DNA from: Octopus bimaculoides
Taxonomy: Eukaryota
Assembly (NCBI RefSeq): GCF_001194135.2
Contig: NC_068981.1
Span: forward strand, 37,242,804-37,305,912
Direction: 5' to 3'
Length of the DNA stretch: 63,109 bases
A program made the translations under genes and the position numbers. A model generated the notes under the pieces. That model was not told the origin of the DNA. It did no database searches and worked only from the letters and a program-made list of their open reading frames with translations. Position 1 is the stretch's first letter, and the number at the start of each line of letters is the position of its first letter. Below, one piece after another: positions 47,991 through 61,556 of the stretch.

Positions 47991-48524
47991 GAAAACTCTA
48001 ACTCTTGCAAACATAGGAAATGAGCATAAAAGGAATAATGATAGCATATGCCTGCTTCTATGTAAGAAAGTAAAACACTAATAAGGTAAAGAATGCCAGT
48101 ATACTTGTGATTTAAACTTAAGAAGTAATGAGACTTTCAAGTATTATACATTCAAGAAAACGTGTGTGTGTATGAATAAACTTTATATTGAATATGTATT
48201 AAGTATCTTATTCAAAAGTGGTCCCAAAATTAGCATGTTGCTGACAATGTTATGCTCATTTATCATTGTGCCATATGCAATATTGTGGGAGTCATCTCAG
48301 CAGGGTTCCACCTTTAATAAGCTGAGTATGATATGGAAGGGATGCTAGGATGTCTCAAAAAATCTCCCTAGCATGCACATAAGGCACATGGAGGCATCGA
48401 TACTCTCCAGCTGTTCCTAAGGCCAAAAAGGGAGGTAACTCTTATACCAGTGATTTTTCACAATCATCATCAATCTTCTGAGAGCTAAACCCATGATAAT
48501 CAAGGTTTGATATTAACGATGAGT

Positions 48525-48632
48525 AAGGCAGTGAGCTGGCAGAATTGTTAACAAGCCAGACAAAATGCTTAGCAGCATTTCGTCTATCTTTACATTCTAA
48601 TTTCAAATTCTGCCAAGGTTGAATTTGCCATA
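48525..48632 (+). mobile_element. SINE family A, 5' half
   Basis: AGGCAGTGAGCTGGCAGAATTGTTAAC...AAATGCTTAGCAGCATTTCGTC...TTCAAATTCTGCCAAGG. Confidence 0.75.
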
Positions 48633-49049
48633 ATTTTAAACCAATATTAGAGAAGGGTATTTCTATATAAATTTTCTGAAATACCAGGTTGCTCCCATTG
48701 ACTAGAATGGCCGTAACCCTTATATGCAGCAGTGTTACCACCACTACGAACTCTTAATTAGCTAATTTCTTACCTGTGCTTCTACTTGGTATTACATCTA
48801 ATATCTCAACCATCAAGCAGTAAGAGAACAAAGATCAATGCACAGTGAGAGGATTCACTTTAATATAGATTGATACTTGGTGGAGAGAACTTATTAGCTC
48901 CTTCACAAGCTATTCCTCTGCTCCCAGGGAAGACTTGTCCCTTCATTCCTTTTCTTAGTTTTGCATGAGACAATGCAACCCCTGTAGCACTGGTACCATA
49001 ATAGAATGTGCCCAGCAAGTCCTTAAAGTTGTTGGTGATGACCATGACA

Positions 49050-49210
49050 TTCTGCCATAGAAACGATGCTAAAAATTTGATATATGATCAAGATACGACC
49101 CTCAGTCTATCTAGAAGGCAGGAACTTCACATAAGAACAGACTTGAACTATGATTGCCCATTCGACCCATACCAGCATGAATAAGCAGATGTAAAATTAC
49201 GATGATGATG
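49050..49210 (+). mobile_element. RTE-derived element tail variant
   Basis: GCCATAGAAACGATGCTAAA...CGACCCATACCAGCATGAATAAGCAGATGTAAAATTACGATGATGATG. Confidence 0.5.
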
Positions 49211-52120
49211 AAATACTCGCACACCCAGATACGTGTGTGTTGTATGTGTGTGTGTGTGTATGAGTGAGTGTTTGTGTGGCTGTGTATATGTATGTACATT
49301 ATATGCATGTGTGTATGTGTCTGTACAAGTGTATATGTGCATACATATGTGTGTATGTACGTCTATATGAATACACACACACAAGCATGNNNNNNNNNNN
49401 NNNNCTTATATATACACGGAGATATAGACAAATACACATGCTCACGTACAGGAACATACATACATACATACATACATATATACATACATACATACATAAC
49501 TACTTGCTACAAAACAATCTATATTAAAAGGTAACTGACTGTTTACATTTATTTACATCATGTCACTCTTGTGATAATACTGCTATATAACAAAAAGCAT
49601 TCGCCATTTCTCTTATTTGATAAAACATCTCACCCATGCACAATCTCTTCCCCCACACCACCACCATCACTTGAATAAAAACTTCTGTTTACTCCCAGAC
49701 TTCCACTTGATTGTGATCTGAACTATAGTGTAATCTATTGCTGCATCTAACAGCTGCATTTCCCAGCTGCACATCAACTTATTTTACTCGTCACTATATA
49801 TTATTCATCATGACACCACATTCTCGTACAAGTGTCTCACTCATTAATGTGTCTTTGCTTTTACCAAGGAAAACAATGTTCTTGAAATTCCTCTCATAAC
49901 ACCCATCCCTTGACTTCACCTTCAACCATACATAGCTGGAAACTATGAAAGTGAATTCCGGACGTTAGTTTTTCCCATGTGGTTTAGTGATATTTTCTAC
50001 AATCATAAAATATTGTTGTTACTGCTGATTCAAGTGTTCTTTCCAATTTGGCAAGCATTGAAACATCTCAGACTCATTACAGTTCTATAGTTACATGAAT
50101 GAAGGGTGGTGTAATTTTTGTTTTTCTTTTTTCTTGCTGTATGTGAATCTGACATTGGGTGGAAGTCACACTGTTTAAAATTGCAATGCTTTCAACAAAC
50201 AAAGCAGTGTTTCAGGCTGATTGGTGTCCATGACACTTTTTCATTCCTAACATTACTGACTACACCAGTGTTTTTCATTGTGGGAAAGTGGAATTGCAAA
50301 GACTGAGAAGTCTGAGGACAAATTACCATGTTTAATAAAATTAACATTGTTTCCAAATTTTTATACTTGTCAAACACCTTGGTGAAGAAAGAAGAATTAT
50401 GTGGATGCAAAATCTATTTTGACATCTCGTTAATAAAGAAAACGAGGGTACAGAATATTTCACTTATATTTCATGCAGAGTTTGTCTAGCATTTGTCAGT
50501 TTGAGAACTACTCAGCTCATATAGAATAGGACTTGTCGTTTCTCTTTTAAATGACAAACAAATTGTCATAGTATGAATATATATAAACTAAAATATTTTA
50601 AATAAATAATTATCTAAAATGTTTATGACCTCATTTCAAGAAAAATTTTAAATTATTGCAAAATTGTATTAATATGAATTTATATCATAAAGTTCTTTCC
50701 TTCAAGGGGAAAATTAACTATGAATGTAGGAAAAGAAAGCAAGACCTATTCAGAAAAGGCTGACACAAAAAATATTTTTCCAATATTCATAAAATGTGTG
50801 TGTGTGTGTGTGTGTATGTCTGTATGTGTGTGTGTGCATGTACATGTGCGTATGTGTGTGTATGTATGTGCACATGTATGCATGTGGTGTGTATATATAT
50901 GTGTGTGTGTATTCTATTCTTAAAAATTGAAAAAAGTTTTTAAAATATATAATTAAATTTTTTTTATCAAACTAAAACTGAATTTAACTGCTACATCTCA
51001 ATTGCAAATTATGAGAATAGAAAAGAAACCATCCCTTGATATGACAAAATCATATTCCTTTTCCAATTTATTCAGTGCCATCTATTTTTGTTGTTGAAAC
51101 ATTTCTTTGTTTACTCAAGTTGCCAAGTTCAAGAAAACAGTTGCCCATATTGAATTTATTAAATTTCCTTGCCAGGAATAATTACAAAGATGTCTGTTAC
51201 AGTTTATCTGATATTTACTGCTAGACTTTAGATTTGGAACACTACATATTTATATAAAATTGCTTTGTCAGAGTTGCCAGCTAACTTCCTATCAAAATAA
51301 TGTTTAACAACATAGGTTCAGGTCATAAGATCCAAAATTTCTTCAACTTTTCCAACTGATGTCAAGATATGTCAAAATTATCTGATTATGAGAAACTAAA
51401 GTTAAATATCTAATTTATTTTAAAGACTCTAAAATTCCTGTATTATTTTGTTGAGTAATTTTCTCATATTTTGTAATTCATTTTTTGTGTTCCTATCAAC
51501 TAAACAAATTGGGTTTTAACGTTTTTTAATAATAATCATAAATAAATTATGAAATATAAAAATTCCCCAAGCAATCAAGGAAAAGAAATTTCAATGTAGC
51601 AAAGATATCAACACTTTTGGAATGTAATCAAATTTAACTTATAGTAAACTTTTAAGGAAAGAATAAACCATTGTGAGGACATTTATAGAACTCATCACAC
51701 ATGTATAATTCTAAAAAGTAGTTGCTAGAATTTTCTAGAAGTCAGAAAGATAAACTTGTTTAGAGATATGTAAAACTATATTATCTAATATTTTCTAACT
51801 TACAAAGATGTCTTATGATGTAAAAGGAGATTTGGTGGCTATTTCTGAAAGATCAATCAACCACAAACGGGTCCCTTGTTCACTTTACTTTCAATTGAGA
51901 TATGAAATTAAGGATTATACGAAATGTATTATATGGAATAATTTAACATTAAATCTGACCCTTTAACTCTTCATGAAGCCACATGAGCAATAAAAAATAT
52001 CTGAATGGTACTTCCCTAAATTTTAAGATATGGAACTACATATCTTGCATTAAGAGATAACCTATTTCAAAACTGAATGGCTAATTGTTTTGTTAGTGTT
52101 ATATAATATTGGTATGTTAC

Positions 52121-52320
52121 AGGGTGGTGAACTGGCAGAATTGTTAGCATGTTTAGTAGCATTTTGTCTGTCTATATTCTGCATTCAAATGTTGCAGGGG
52201 TTAACTTGCCTTTCATTCTTTTGAGATTGATAAAATAAGTAACAGTTGACTACTGGGGTCGATGTAATTGACTTAACCCCACACCCACCCAAAATTACTG
52301 GCCTTGTACTAAAACTTGAA
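52121..52320 (+). mobile_element. SINE family A, diverged
   Basis: Head GGTGGTGAACTGGCAGAATTGTTAG, core CCTTTCATTCTTTTGAGATTGATAAAATAAGTA, tail AAATTACTGGCCTTGTAC. Confidence 0.8.
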
Positions 52321-52650
52321 TACACTCTCTTACAATTTAACATCTTGCTTCTGACATCTAGTGTATTCTACTTTTATTTTCTTGTTATACCAATTCAGTA
52401 CTGTATTTTACCAGATGTACATCATGAATGTTTATCTTGAATTATATTCTAGACATATTAACGCTGGTTTATTCTAAATATTTTAGAAAAAATACAACTC
52501 TTATTCCATGATAATTTATTGTTAGAACTAGACAGCTTCTAATATACTGTTATATTCAACTAACTTTCAATAAAATATTAATCTAAGGGTCAACACAATA
52601 TGAAACTTAGCTTCGTCATAATATTAAACTTAGATTCAGTAGAATATTAG

Positions 52651-52875
52651 TTTCATACTTTGGTACAAGGCCAGCAAATTCGGGGGAGGGGGTAAGTTGA
52701 TTATACCACCTCCAGTGTTCAACTGGTATTAATTTTATGAAAGTAGGATATAGACAAATATATTGTCTCTTGTTTTTGGAGTGCAAATATGTTATTGATC
52801 CTAGAGGTGTGAAAGGCAAAATTAACCTTGAGAGTTTGAACTCACAGACTAAATAGTCTGATAAATTATTAACCA
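52651..52875 (-). mobile_element. SINE family A with ~50-bp internal insertion
   Basis: Reversed tail TTTCATACTTTGGTACAAGGCCAGCAAATT and TGAAAGGCAAAATTAACCTTGAGAGTTTGAACTC. Confidence 0.7.
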
Positions 52876-53223
52876 AAATGTCAGTACAATATAAAACTAA
52901 GTTTTAATGCAATTTTAAACAAAATTTCAATACGCTAACCAATTAATCAAAATTGTGCTGTAGTTCTATAATGCAATTTCCACCAGTAGTAAAACCTGAT
53001 GGAATACTTTATGGTGATAATAATGTAGAACAAATATAATCCTCATTGTTCTAATTGTGTTTCAATACAATATTTCAGTATTTGTACTGTTGTAATAGAA
53101 TAAGACTAAATTTCATGAAATACCTAGAACTGAAATATCAAATTTATGAATGACCTTAGCCAGTACATTTTCACACCTTTCATAGTGTGCACTTTTCAGA
53201 GATGTTACAGAATTAAATACATG

Positions 53224-53350
53224 CAGGTGGTGAACTTGCGATACCCTTAGAGCATTGGAAAATATGACTAATGGTATTTGCTGTAACTCTCTACACTCAG
53301 AGTTCAAATTTTGTTGACGGCAACTATCCCATTTGGGGATTGATAAAAAG
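53224..53350 (+). mobile_element. SINE family A fragment
   Basis: CAGGTGGTGAACTTG...CAGAGTTCAAATTTTGTTGA...TTTGGGGATTGATAAAA. Confidence 0.55.
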
Positions 53351-53601
53351 AAAAAAAGAACTAACCAATAGCAGTAGACTAGTGAAAATATAAGAATGTT
53401 GGATCCGATACACTGCAGTATTAGTTCAAATTCCTTTTTATTCTGAATACAAATTTCACTATGGTCTACTTGTGTGGTAGACTTAATTCATTATCTAATT
53501 TAACACTACCACCAGGTACCTTTGGTTCCTTTAGAAGAGTCCACACTGTTGCAATTATTTAAGGCAGAACTCCAATTTCAGGATATCTTTCTCCCTCTCA
53601 C

Positions 53602-53646
53602 CATTTGCAGAAGCCCTGTAATGAGTCATGGGCACTGTATCCTCTT
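53602..53646 (-). CDS. Candidate 45-nt symmetric exon
   Basis: Acceptor TTTTATTTTTTATCAG, donor ATG/GTGAGA. Two open frames: EDTVPMTHYRASAN or RGYSAHDSLQGFCK. Not recognised. Confidence 0.3.
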
Positions 53647-53726
53647 CTGATAAAAAATAAAATATCTCATTATGTAAACAAATATTTACTAGGATGTTTT
53701 ATACTTTAACAGTCCTAAATAGTCTA

Positions 53727-53992
53727 TGGAAATGCATGGTTTAGTGCATGGTTCAGCTATAGAAATGAATACCATTAGTGGAGGCACGTTGCTTAGTGGT
53801 TAGAGTGTTGGATTCATGACCATAAAATTGTGGTTTCGATCCCTAGATCGGGTGATCCATTGTGTTCTTGAGCAAAACACTTCATTTCATGTTACTCCAG
53901 TCCACTCAGCTATAGAAATGAGTTTAGTCTGAAGAGAGATGGGCTCGCCCTAGATATGCTACATGGCTGCAGCACCCCAAGGTCATTGTCGT
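53727..53992 (+). mobile_element. Compound SINE family C with 11-bp TSD
   Basis: TAAATAGTCTA at 53716-53726 and 53993-54003. A deleted head precedes a full copy starting GGAGGCACGTTGCTTAGTGGTTAGAG at 53780. Confidence 0.8.
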
Positions 53993-55034
53993 TAAATAGT
54001 CTAACTTTACTTATAAACAAAATTTTCAATCTGTATGTTACTGAGTGGAAAAATGCCATGATGTTTCAAACAAGGCTTGCCATCATAGATAGAAGATTTA
54101 CATTTTCAATATCGATGGAAGAATGGAGAATTTAAGTTTGAAGAATATCCTTCTTCGTACATGTGTAACCTCCTTTGTTGATATTAGAAAAATAGTAAAT
54201 CTTAAACAGAAATGTGTGTAATCTCATTTCAAGCATTAATACGAAATATGTATGTATTGTCAGCTGAAGCATAACTATTTTTTATTTACTTTTAGATTAT
54301 TTTACAATTCCTACATAATAGTATTACAATTCTCCAATGAGCCTTTCACTGTTTCACTACATATCTTATAGCAAGAGTGACAGAGGATTGACTGTGTAAC
54401 TCAAGTGGAACAAATATCAAGCCGGCTATTTTTATTTCAAAACACTAGTTCTTTTGTTTTCTCACCATTGTTTACATCTTGCATGAAAAATTCAACACAC
54501 ACACACGACTGGGTAAACAAATAAAAGCAAGTTGTACTAAACACATTAATTTGGAGTTTCAAGTATTAATTATAGTGTGCAACAGTCACCCTATTATGAT
54601 ATAAACACACACACACACACACACATCATATATATTGTTTACATTATAAGAATTTAGAAAGTTTGTAAGATATGAATAAACCTTTTTAAATGTTGTAACT
54701 CAAACTAGATAAGTCTATGAATAATAACATGTTGGTTAAAAGTCACATCTGTTTGTAAATATGGTAGACGGTCTACCATTATATTAAAACAATCCTTTAA
54801 ATTTTCTCCATCCATTTTAGAAGCTTTGTTCTTACCAGCAACAAGTGTATATTATTCATATCTTAAGAATTTTTCATCCAAAGGTTTTTTTAACCAACAT
54901 TCTATTTGCTATTATTTATAGCTTTATTTTTCTTTTAGTCAGAATAGGAAAAACAATGACCAATGCATGTTCTGGACCTCTAAGATGAGATCGATGGAGT
55001 TGATACCTAGAAGTGTGAGGAACAGCTAGAAGGG

Positions 55035-55350
55035 TTGAAAACAGAAATGTGTTTTGTGTGGTACCAGTGTGTGAGACACAGAGCCAAAAGTGATATCTGT
55101 GATTGCTCTAAGTATGTTTGGTACCATTTTGCCATTTTTACTGTGTCATTCTACATTTACCATGAATGTTGTGTAGAAGTTGCATGTGATTCTGAATTTT
55201 TTGTCTTCAATGCACTTGTTGTAGTGCTCCAGCCACTGTATGGAGGCCCCATGGAAGTTTTCCAAAATGAGCTGTTCAGACCCCTCCTTGACACAGCGTT
55301 CTTCCTTTTCTCAATGTTTTCACAACAACTGGCCCTGAGGCACCCAAGGT
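55035..55350 (-). pseudogene. Mariner transposase C-terminal remnant
   Basis: Minus strand LRASCCENIE...LENFHGASIQWLEHYNKCIE resembles the mariner 'EDFHGAFQKLLERYNKCI' end. Confidence 0.55.
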
Positions 55351-55599
55351 AGGCTGGTCTCCCAGGAAGGTTCCAGACTAATGGTGACCCATGGCACATT
55401 GGCTTGTCACCAAGATGGCAGCCCCAGCATCCAACTATTCTGTGGAGGACCAACAACCCACCTACAAGAACCTCAACTTGTTATGACACCGACCAGAAGA
55501 AACAAGCAAAGTGAATACTAGTGGCTGTTGCGATTTCTTTAAGCTGTTGATATTTTAAGTTTGTTTGTGATTTTGTTTAACACTGAAGCTTCTGAGTTT

Positions 55600-56631
55600 T
55601 ATATTTCCTAGTTGCTTTTTAGTTGCTAATAGAATGAAGGAGCCAAAATCAGGGTTTTAGTAGAAAATGTATACTTTTGATTTGCAGTTGTGTTTTCATT
55701 GTATGGTTTTGTTGGCTGATACTGAGAAAGATGTTTGATAAAGGAATGAGTTTGGCTTTGCTGTTTAAGTGTATTACTTAAGGCTGTTGTGACAAGGGAC
55801 GTAGTGTAGCCATTGTTGTTGTTGTTGGTAATTATTGTAAACAGTGTTTTCCTATTTGTTCGTGCTTCACATTTTTGGCTGTTATTTCCTTCCTTAGTTG
55901 TTTGGTGTAAAGTTGTCTTTGATCGTGTATGGTTTTGGTGAATTGTGACTGAGCTTCTCTTTAATTGCAGTTGGTGATATCTAGTGAATAGTTGGGTTTG
56001 TATTGTTTTATGTTGCCTCATGGGTTATGCTCTTTATATGTGCCAATATTTAATAATTTTGCATTGCAGTGTCTGTGTTGATGATTATGGTGCACTTGAA
56101 TTCTGAAAAATCTTGATTCTTTTTCTTGATGGAAGTCATTTGTTTGTTCTTTTAATTCTGCAAAATTGTTTCTGCTTTCTGTATTGATATGCATGTTTGG
56201 TGATAGTAACAGGCAGATGATCTAAAAAAAGTTAGTGAATTATTTGCCAACTTGTAACTTGGTGTGTGGAGCAGAAGATAATGTCCAGGGAAGAGATCGT
56301 GTAGTTGGCTTGAAGAAATGCATCTGTGTGTTTGCATGTATAATTTAAGATCTAGAGTGTGTTCTTTAGCAATGATTTTTTGTTTCCCACCATTTTGTGT
56401 ACCATTTGAAAACCAGATGTTTAGGGCATTGATATCATTCCCAGTGTTATTGTTTGCAAGAATTACAGTTTTGAAGTTGTAGCCAGTGGGATGTTTGGTG
56501 AAGCCACAGGGTACGTATGAAATTATAGCATTTAGGTGATGCATGTTGATAGTTTCATTTGAAATCCTGCATTTTTAGTGTGATATCTTTAGCCATTTGT
56601 TTATAAACAGTGCTCCCTTTAAGCTGTGCAC

Positions 56632-56719
<88 letters not shown>

Positions 56720-57420
56720 CCATGCACATGTTTTACAATTAGGAAAGAAAAAATATGCATAAACAAGGTTTTCAAAATGAAATTGGGTTTTTTAATTGAA
56801 GAAATTTGAGTGATCATTATTCATACAGATGCACACATACTTTGCAAAGAAAGATAAAATTTGCACACAGTACAAATTTCTGAGCATATCTGCAGCAAAA
56901 AAGTTATAGGGAACATTGTTTTGAATGTCAATTTTGATATCTATATAATAAATGTAAGATTTTATGCAGTTTATAAAACTTCTACCTCCATTAGAAAAGG
57001 CTCTGCATAGTCTTAATAGTGTATAACTTAGAATAGTTGGTGTTAGGTTGTTTTAAAAATGTTTATTGAATTTTGCTATGTTGATATTTTCGAAATAGCA
57101 TTGTATTCTGTAATTTTACATTTTTTGTCATATTAATATATTTGCGATTGGCAAACATCTTTAATTGAATTTTGGACAAGATTAAAATCTTGGGAATGAC
57201 ACTTCCTGTTTGATTTGTCAATATTGTTGTAACTGCACTTTTGTTGATTGTTTCTAGATGTTGTTTGTTGGCTTTTGCATAAAGGTCTTGAAAGCTATAT
57301 AAGAATCTTACTTTTGAAACGGTATTGGGGTCTGTTACATACTGAGAATAAGCTCCTATTATTCTGCAATATCAGTATGTGATTGAAGAGAATTCTTATA
57401 CAACAGAAATTGATTCTTAA
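55600..57420 (-). pseudogene. Decayed APE-type LINE 5' region (ORF1-like plus endonuclease start), clade uncertain
   Basis: GTQNGGKQKIIAKEHTLDLKLYMQTHR...LFPGHYLLLHTPSYK...ISIQKAETI resembles an APE N-terminus. The long T/G strand skew is typical of LINE coding DNA. Confidence 0.4.
56633..56717. repeat. Pure (TG)n, about 42 units
   Basis: Seen directly. Confidence 1.
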
Positions 57421-57470
57421 AATGGCATTCCTGCCATGATCTTCTTATATGCCTTCCCAAGCAGATTAAA

Positions 57471-57806
57471 GGAAGACCTCCTTTGGTCATGAATGACCTT
57501 GGGATTGCACTTAGAGAGTTACCCTCTGAGGCACAAGTCCAGGCAAGGTTGTTTATGGAAGACCAGCAGTCACCTCTGCATACCAGCTTCCTCTCTTCAT
57601 GCCACTGATGTTAACCAAGGGAAAGACAAAGGCTGATACAGCTTAGTACCAATGACGTTGCAACTCATTTCTACAGCTGAGTGAACTGGAGCAATGTGAA
57701 ATAAAATGTCTTACTCAAGAACACAACACATAGCCCAGCCTGGGAATTGAACTCACTACCACATCATTGTGAACCTGACACTCTAACTACTGAGCCATGC
57801 ACTTTC
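57471..57806 (-). mobile_element. SINE family C with a different long tail
   Basis: Same head and core as 41836-42142. The tail GGAAGACCTCCTTTGGTCATGAATGACC...GGAAGACCAGCAG...CCAAGGGAAAGACAAAGG is unrelated to that copy's tail. Confidence 0.8.
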
Positions 57807-58763
57807 ACACAGCATGTTATATCTGGTATGTATCTATTCCTTGGGAAATTATAGGTGAGTATTAGAAGATAATTTGGTTCCTTTTCTTGCAGGTCAAGTG
57901 GCCATATAGATACTTTCTTGCAAATTTGACTCAGCAGAGCTGATGAGGGTAGTAAATACAAGTGTAGGACCATTTTGAATATAGTTTGTTTCTCTTAGCG
58001 TTCTGAATTTACTTCTTACTGAGGACAGATGTACTTTCATCTCTTCAAGATTGATAAAATAGATATCAGTAATATACTAATATTGAACTGATTGATTATA
58101 TTCATTTTCTTTAAATGGTTTTGTACCCAGCCTGGTTTATTTCTCAGGTGATTAAATCAATATTGAACAAGATATAATAGTGATATAAATTATCAAAATA
58201 TTTTATATAATAATGACATTGTAAAGTAATTGATGTAACTAAACCTTCATTTCACTAATTCTATTGTCACATATTCTTAAGTTCAGAATTAATCCAACAA
58301 TAATAAATAAAGTGGTATAAAAGATACTGTGTGTGTGTGGGATAGTAGTGCTTATTTTAAAGTGAGAGTAAATAGTAAAAGGGTATGGGATGAAGATTAA
58401 GAATAACATGAAATAATCTAAATATCAGTATAAGATAACTCAAACAGGCAGCAAATAGCTGCAGATGAGAAAAAATATTTTTTCTCATAGCCTTCAAATA
58501 AAAAAGCAAGCAGAAAATATAATTATTGTTGTTATCTTTTTCTTTATATTATTGTCTATGCAATTATTTTATAGTTGTTGTTGTTGCTCAAGTTTACAAA
58601 ACTGTCATATGTAAATGTCAGGAACAAATTGACAAACTACTAAAAGTTATATCGAAAGAAGTCAACTGGAGATTAATTCATGTACACACATAACACATAC
58701 ACACACATTTTCTCTACGTTAAATCAAAGCCCTATAATTCTCTTGCAGTACTCTTCCATGTAG

Positions 58764-58832
58764 GTTCAACTTAGTATGCTATGTGGAAGATGGCATCATC
58801 TTTTCGGTAATTGGACGGGCTCAGATCTATAA
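58764..58832 (+). CDS. Candidate terminal exon
   Basis: Acceptor TTCCATGTAG, frame VQLSMLCGRWHHLFGNWTGSDL*. An alternative reading from the acceptor at 58748 to a GTAATT donor gives TLPCRFNLVCYVEDGIIFS. Neither is recognised. Confidence 0.2.
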   Translation, partial: VQLSMLCGRWHHLFGNWTGSDL

Positions 58833-61094
58833 TCTGGTCAAGCCACATTCAATCTGAAAGGATCAGATGGAAAAATTGATGTGTTTTCCAAGAATATGCT
58901 GCACTGAACAGCAAGTCAGGCATCAATTACCTTTTAGAATATAACACTGACAGCTATAAAATGAGAAAATAGTTTGATGGAATAGCTACAGTGCATAAGG
59001 TTAGCAGTGGGCTAAAATGAATTATTTTTTTTCTCAACAACAATGCCCTATCTGTTAGTTTCTTCATCATATTTGTGAATTCAGTCCACTTTCCCATTCT
59101 GATATCTATTCATGCTAACCTTGTGGCATGTGAGAAATCTTGACAGTTGAATTTTTGTAAATTGGATAAGGTTAATACTGACATATGAATACTTTAGAAA
59201 TAACTAATTATCCCTTTTCTAAGTAATGACACCTATTTTGATGTTTAATACATTATGAATTGTTGTATTATTATTCATAGTCACACTCTTCAGTTATAAA
59301 TATGTTGATTATTTTCTTTATTTTATTCTCTTATAACCAAAGCAAACAATCACTAAACACACAGAGCAGAAGAAGGAGAAAATTGGAAAAGAGCAATGAG
59401 AGTATAGTGCTTCGTGTATTTCTGAATTTTTATATATCTCTTGTACTGCAATTGAAGGAAAACATGCATTGCTTGTACTTTTACTACAAGAAATTAGGAA
59501 AGCAACACAAATAGATGGAGGAGTGATACATGTAGAAAAAGAGACGATTATTCTGGACAGTGCTTAGATTTTGATCAATATGTTAAATATGCAAATGCTT
59601 TAGTAGGTACTCTGAAAGTTTCTATTCTATATCAAAAATAAAGTTAGAACTGAAGTGTTTCAGAAATATTTCCTTAGAATTGTGGGAATTGTTTCAAACT
59701 AAATAAAAAGATTACATACTATTCTGGTAAAGTATAAGAGTTATGAAAGTAAAATTTAAGTAAAAACTGTGTTAATTTTGTAGTATATTGATAATGTTGG
59801 CAAATTAAGGTTCAGAAATGCAAGAAAACTGAAATAGCAACATATAAAATTGCTACAGTAAGAACTATAGTATAGAAAAAACAGCTCTGGTATTAGTAGC
59901 TGGAACATAAATGCAGGGAAAATATGATGAGTATCTAATAAAATGGAAAGTAATATATTCTCAATAATAGTCCAATATTAAGAATTTATATATTTATATA
60001 TCTGATACAAATGCATATATGTTTGCAATGTATATACACAAACAAATTTATTGATATGCCTCTATTTATAGTAGCTACATCTTAGAATTCTAGTATATCA
60101 AGAATGGTTCTATGAGCCAGCAGGGAAGTATCTACAGGGTTATTTATCTTACTAGAAATAGCAGCAAAATAAACACAAAGTGTCATATTTATGAGTGAAT
60201 AGAATATGATATTCTGACATATACATGGATTTCTCAAAAGCATTAACAATATAATTTGAAGCAAAATTTCAGTAATCAACAACAAAAACTAGGCCTCAAA
60301 CTAATGTTTCTATTAGGATGGGATTAACTCCCTAGGTGAGGTGGTTGTAAGGACTGAATGTGTAGGATGGGTAAATTGCCATATTGAGAAAAATTAAGAT
60401 GGTTTTAAACTTGTCTAACACTTTTGTAAAGAAAGAAAAAATTATATGTATGAAAACTCCTTTGTGTCCTCTAATTAATAAAAAGGTCTAGGGAAGGGGC
60501 AAAAAAAATTTCTATTATGTGATGATAGTAGTGGTGGTGATGGGGCTGGTATTTGACAGTTTGAGAGCTGATGCCTCAGACTCACCAAACTAAGAAAACC
60601 TCCTCTATCCAGTGGTGCTTATCACATGCATTAACCCTAACAAGTCAATCTTACACTTATTTATCTTGATCTCACCCAATCATTTAATCCCATCTATGTT
60701 ACAATTTTAAGATTTACGTTCTTGTACAAAAGAAACAACATACTGAAATATATTTTAGCTTCTACTCTTTTAGCTGAAGTAATCTTTAAACACAAAACAT
60801 TACATATAATATTAGAAAACATTTTGAGCAAGATCTCAGTATACGGAGATTAAATTCAATGCAAATAAGCACAAAACATTCAAAAGATATTTATATAGCT
60901 TACTTTCCTCTTGAGATTTAAATGTTAAGCAAAATATAAATATCAAGACAGAAGACCTCAGGATGTAGAAATGTAAATTAATTCAACTCAGCAACGGATA
61001 GTTTTTCCGGGTCAGTGAAAATTTGAACACAGATAAAATTATGTAATGCATATACATCCATACATAGAAACTTACATAAGTTTGTATATATATA

Positions 61095-61556
61095 NNNNNN
61101 NNNNNNNNNNNNNNNNNNNNNNNNNNNNNNNNNNNNNNNNNNNNNNNNNNNNNNNNNNNNNNNNNNNNNNNNNNNNNNNNNNNNNNNNNNNNNNNNNNNN
61201 NNNNNNNNNNNNNNNNNNNNNNNNNNNNNNNNNNNNNNNNNNNNNNNNNNNNNNNNNNNNNNNNNNNNNNNNNNNNNNNNNNNNNNNNNNNNNNNNNNNN
61301 NNNNNNNNNNNNNNNNNNNNNNNNNNNNNNNNNNNNNNNNNNNNNNNNNNNNNNNNNNNNNNNNNNNNNNNNNNNNNNNNNNNNNNNNNNNNNNNNNNNN
61401 NNNNNNNNNNNNNNNNNNNNNNNNNNNNNNNNNNNNNNNNNNNNNNNNNNNNNNNNNNNNNNNNNNNNNNNNNNNNNNNNNNNNNNNNNNNNNNNNNNNN
61501 NNNNNNNNNNNNNNNNNNNNNNNNNNNNNNNNNNNNNNNNNNNNNNNNNNNNNNNN
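61095..61556. other. Assembly gap flanked by (TA)n
   Basis: Seen directly. Confidence 1.

Noticed and set aside
48870-49055. Open frames with acceptor-like sites on both strands
   Set aside because: Adjacent to an RTE-derived tail, no recognisable motif, and several equally weak readings.
53602-53646. ADAMTS assignment from 'DSLQGFCKW' together with 'NLETMLILLNM' near 50330-50380
   Set aside because: The two motifs are in the wrong order for ADAMTS on this strand and the similarity is too short.
57930-57985. CTGATGA hammerhead-core matches at about 57941 and 61718 (+), and 14735, 19838, 24745 and 46585 (-)
   Set aside because: None has a correctly placed GAAA plus stems I-III.
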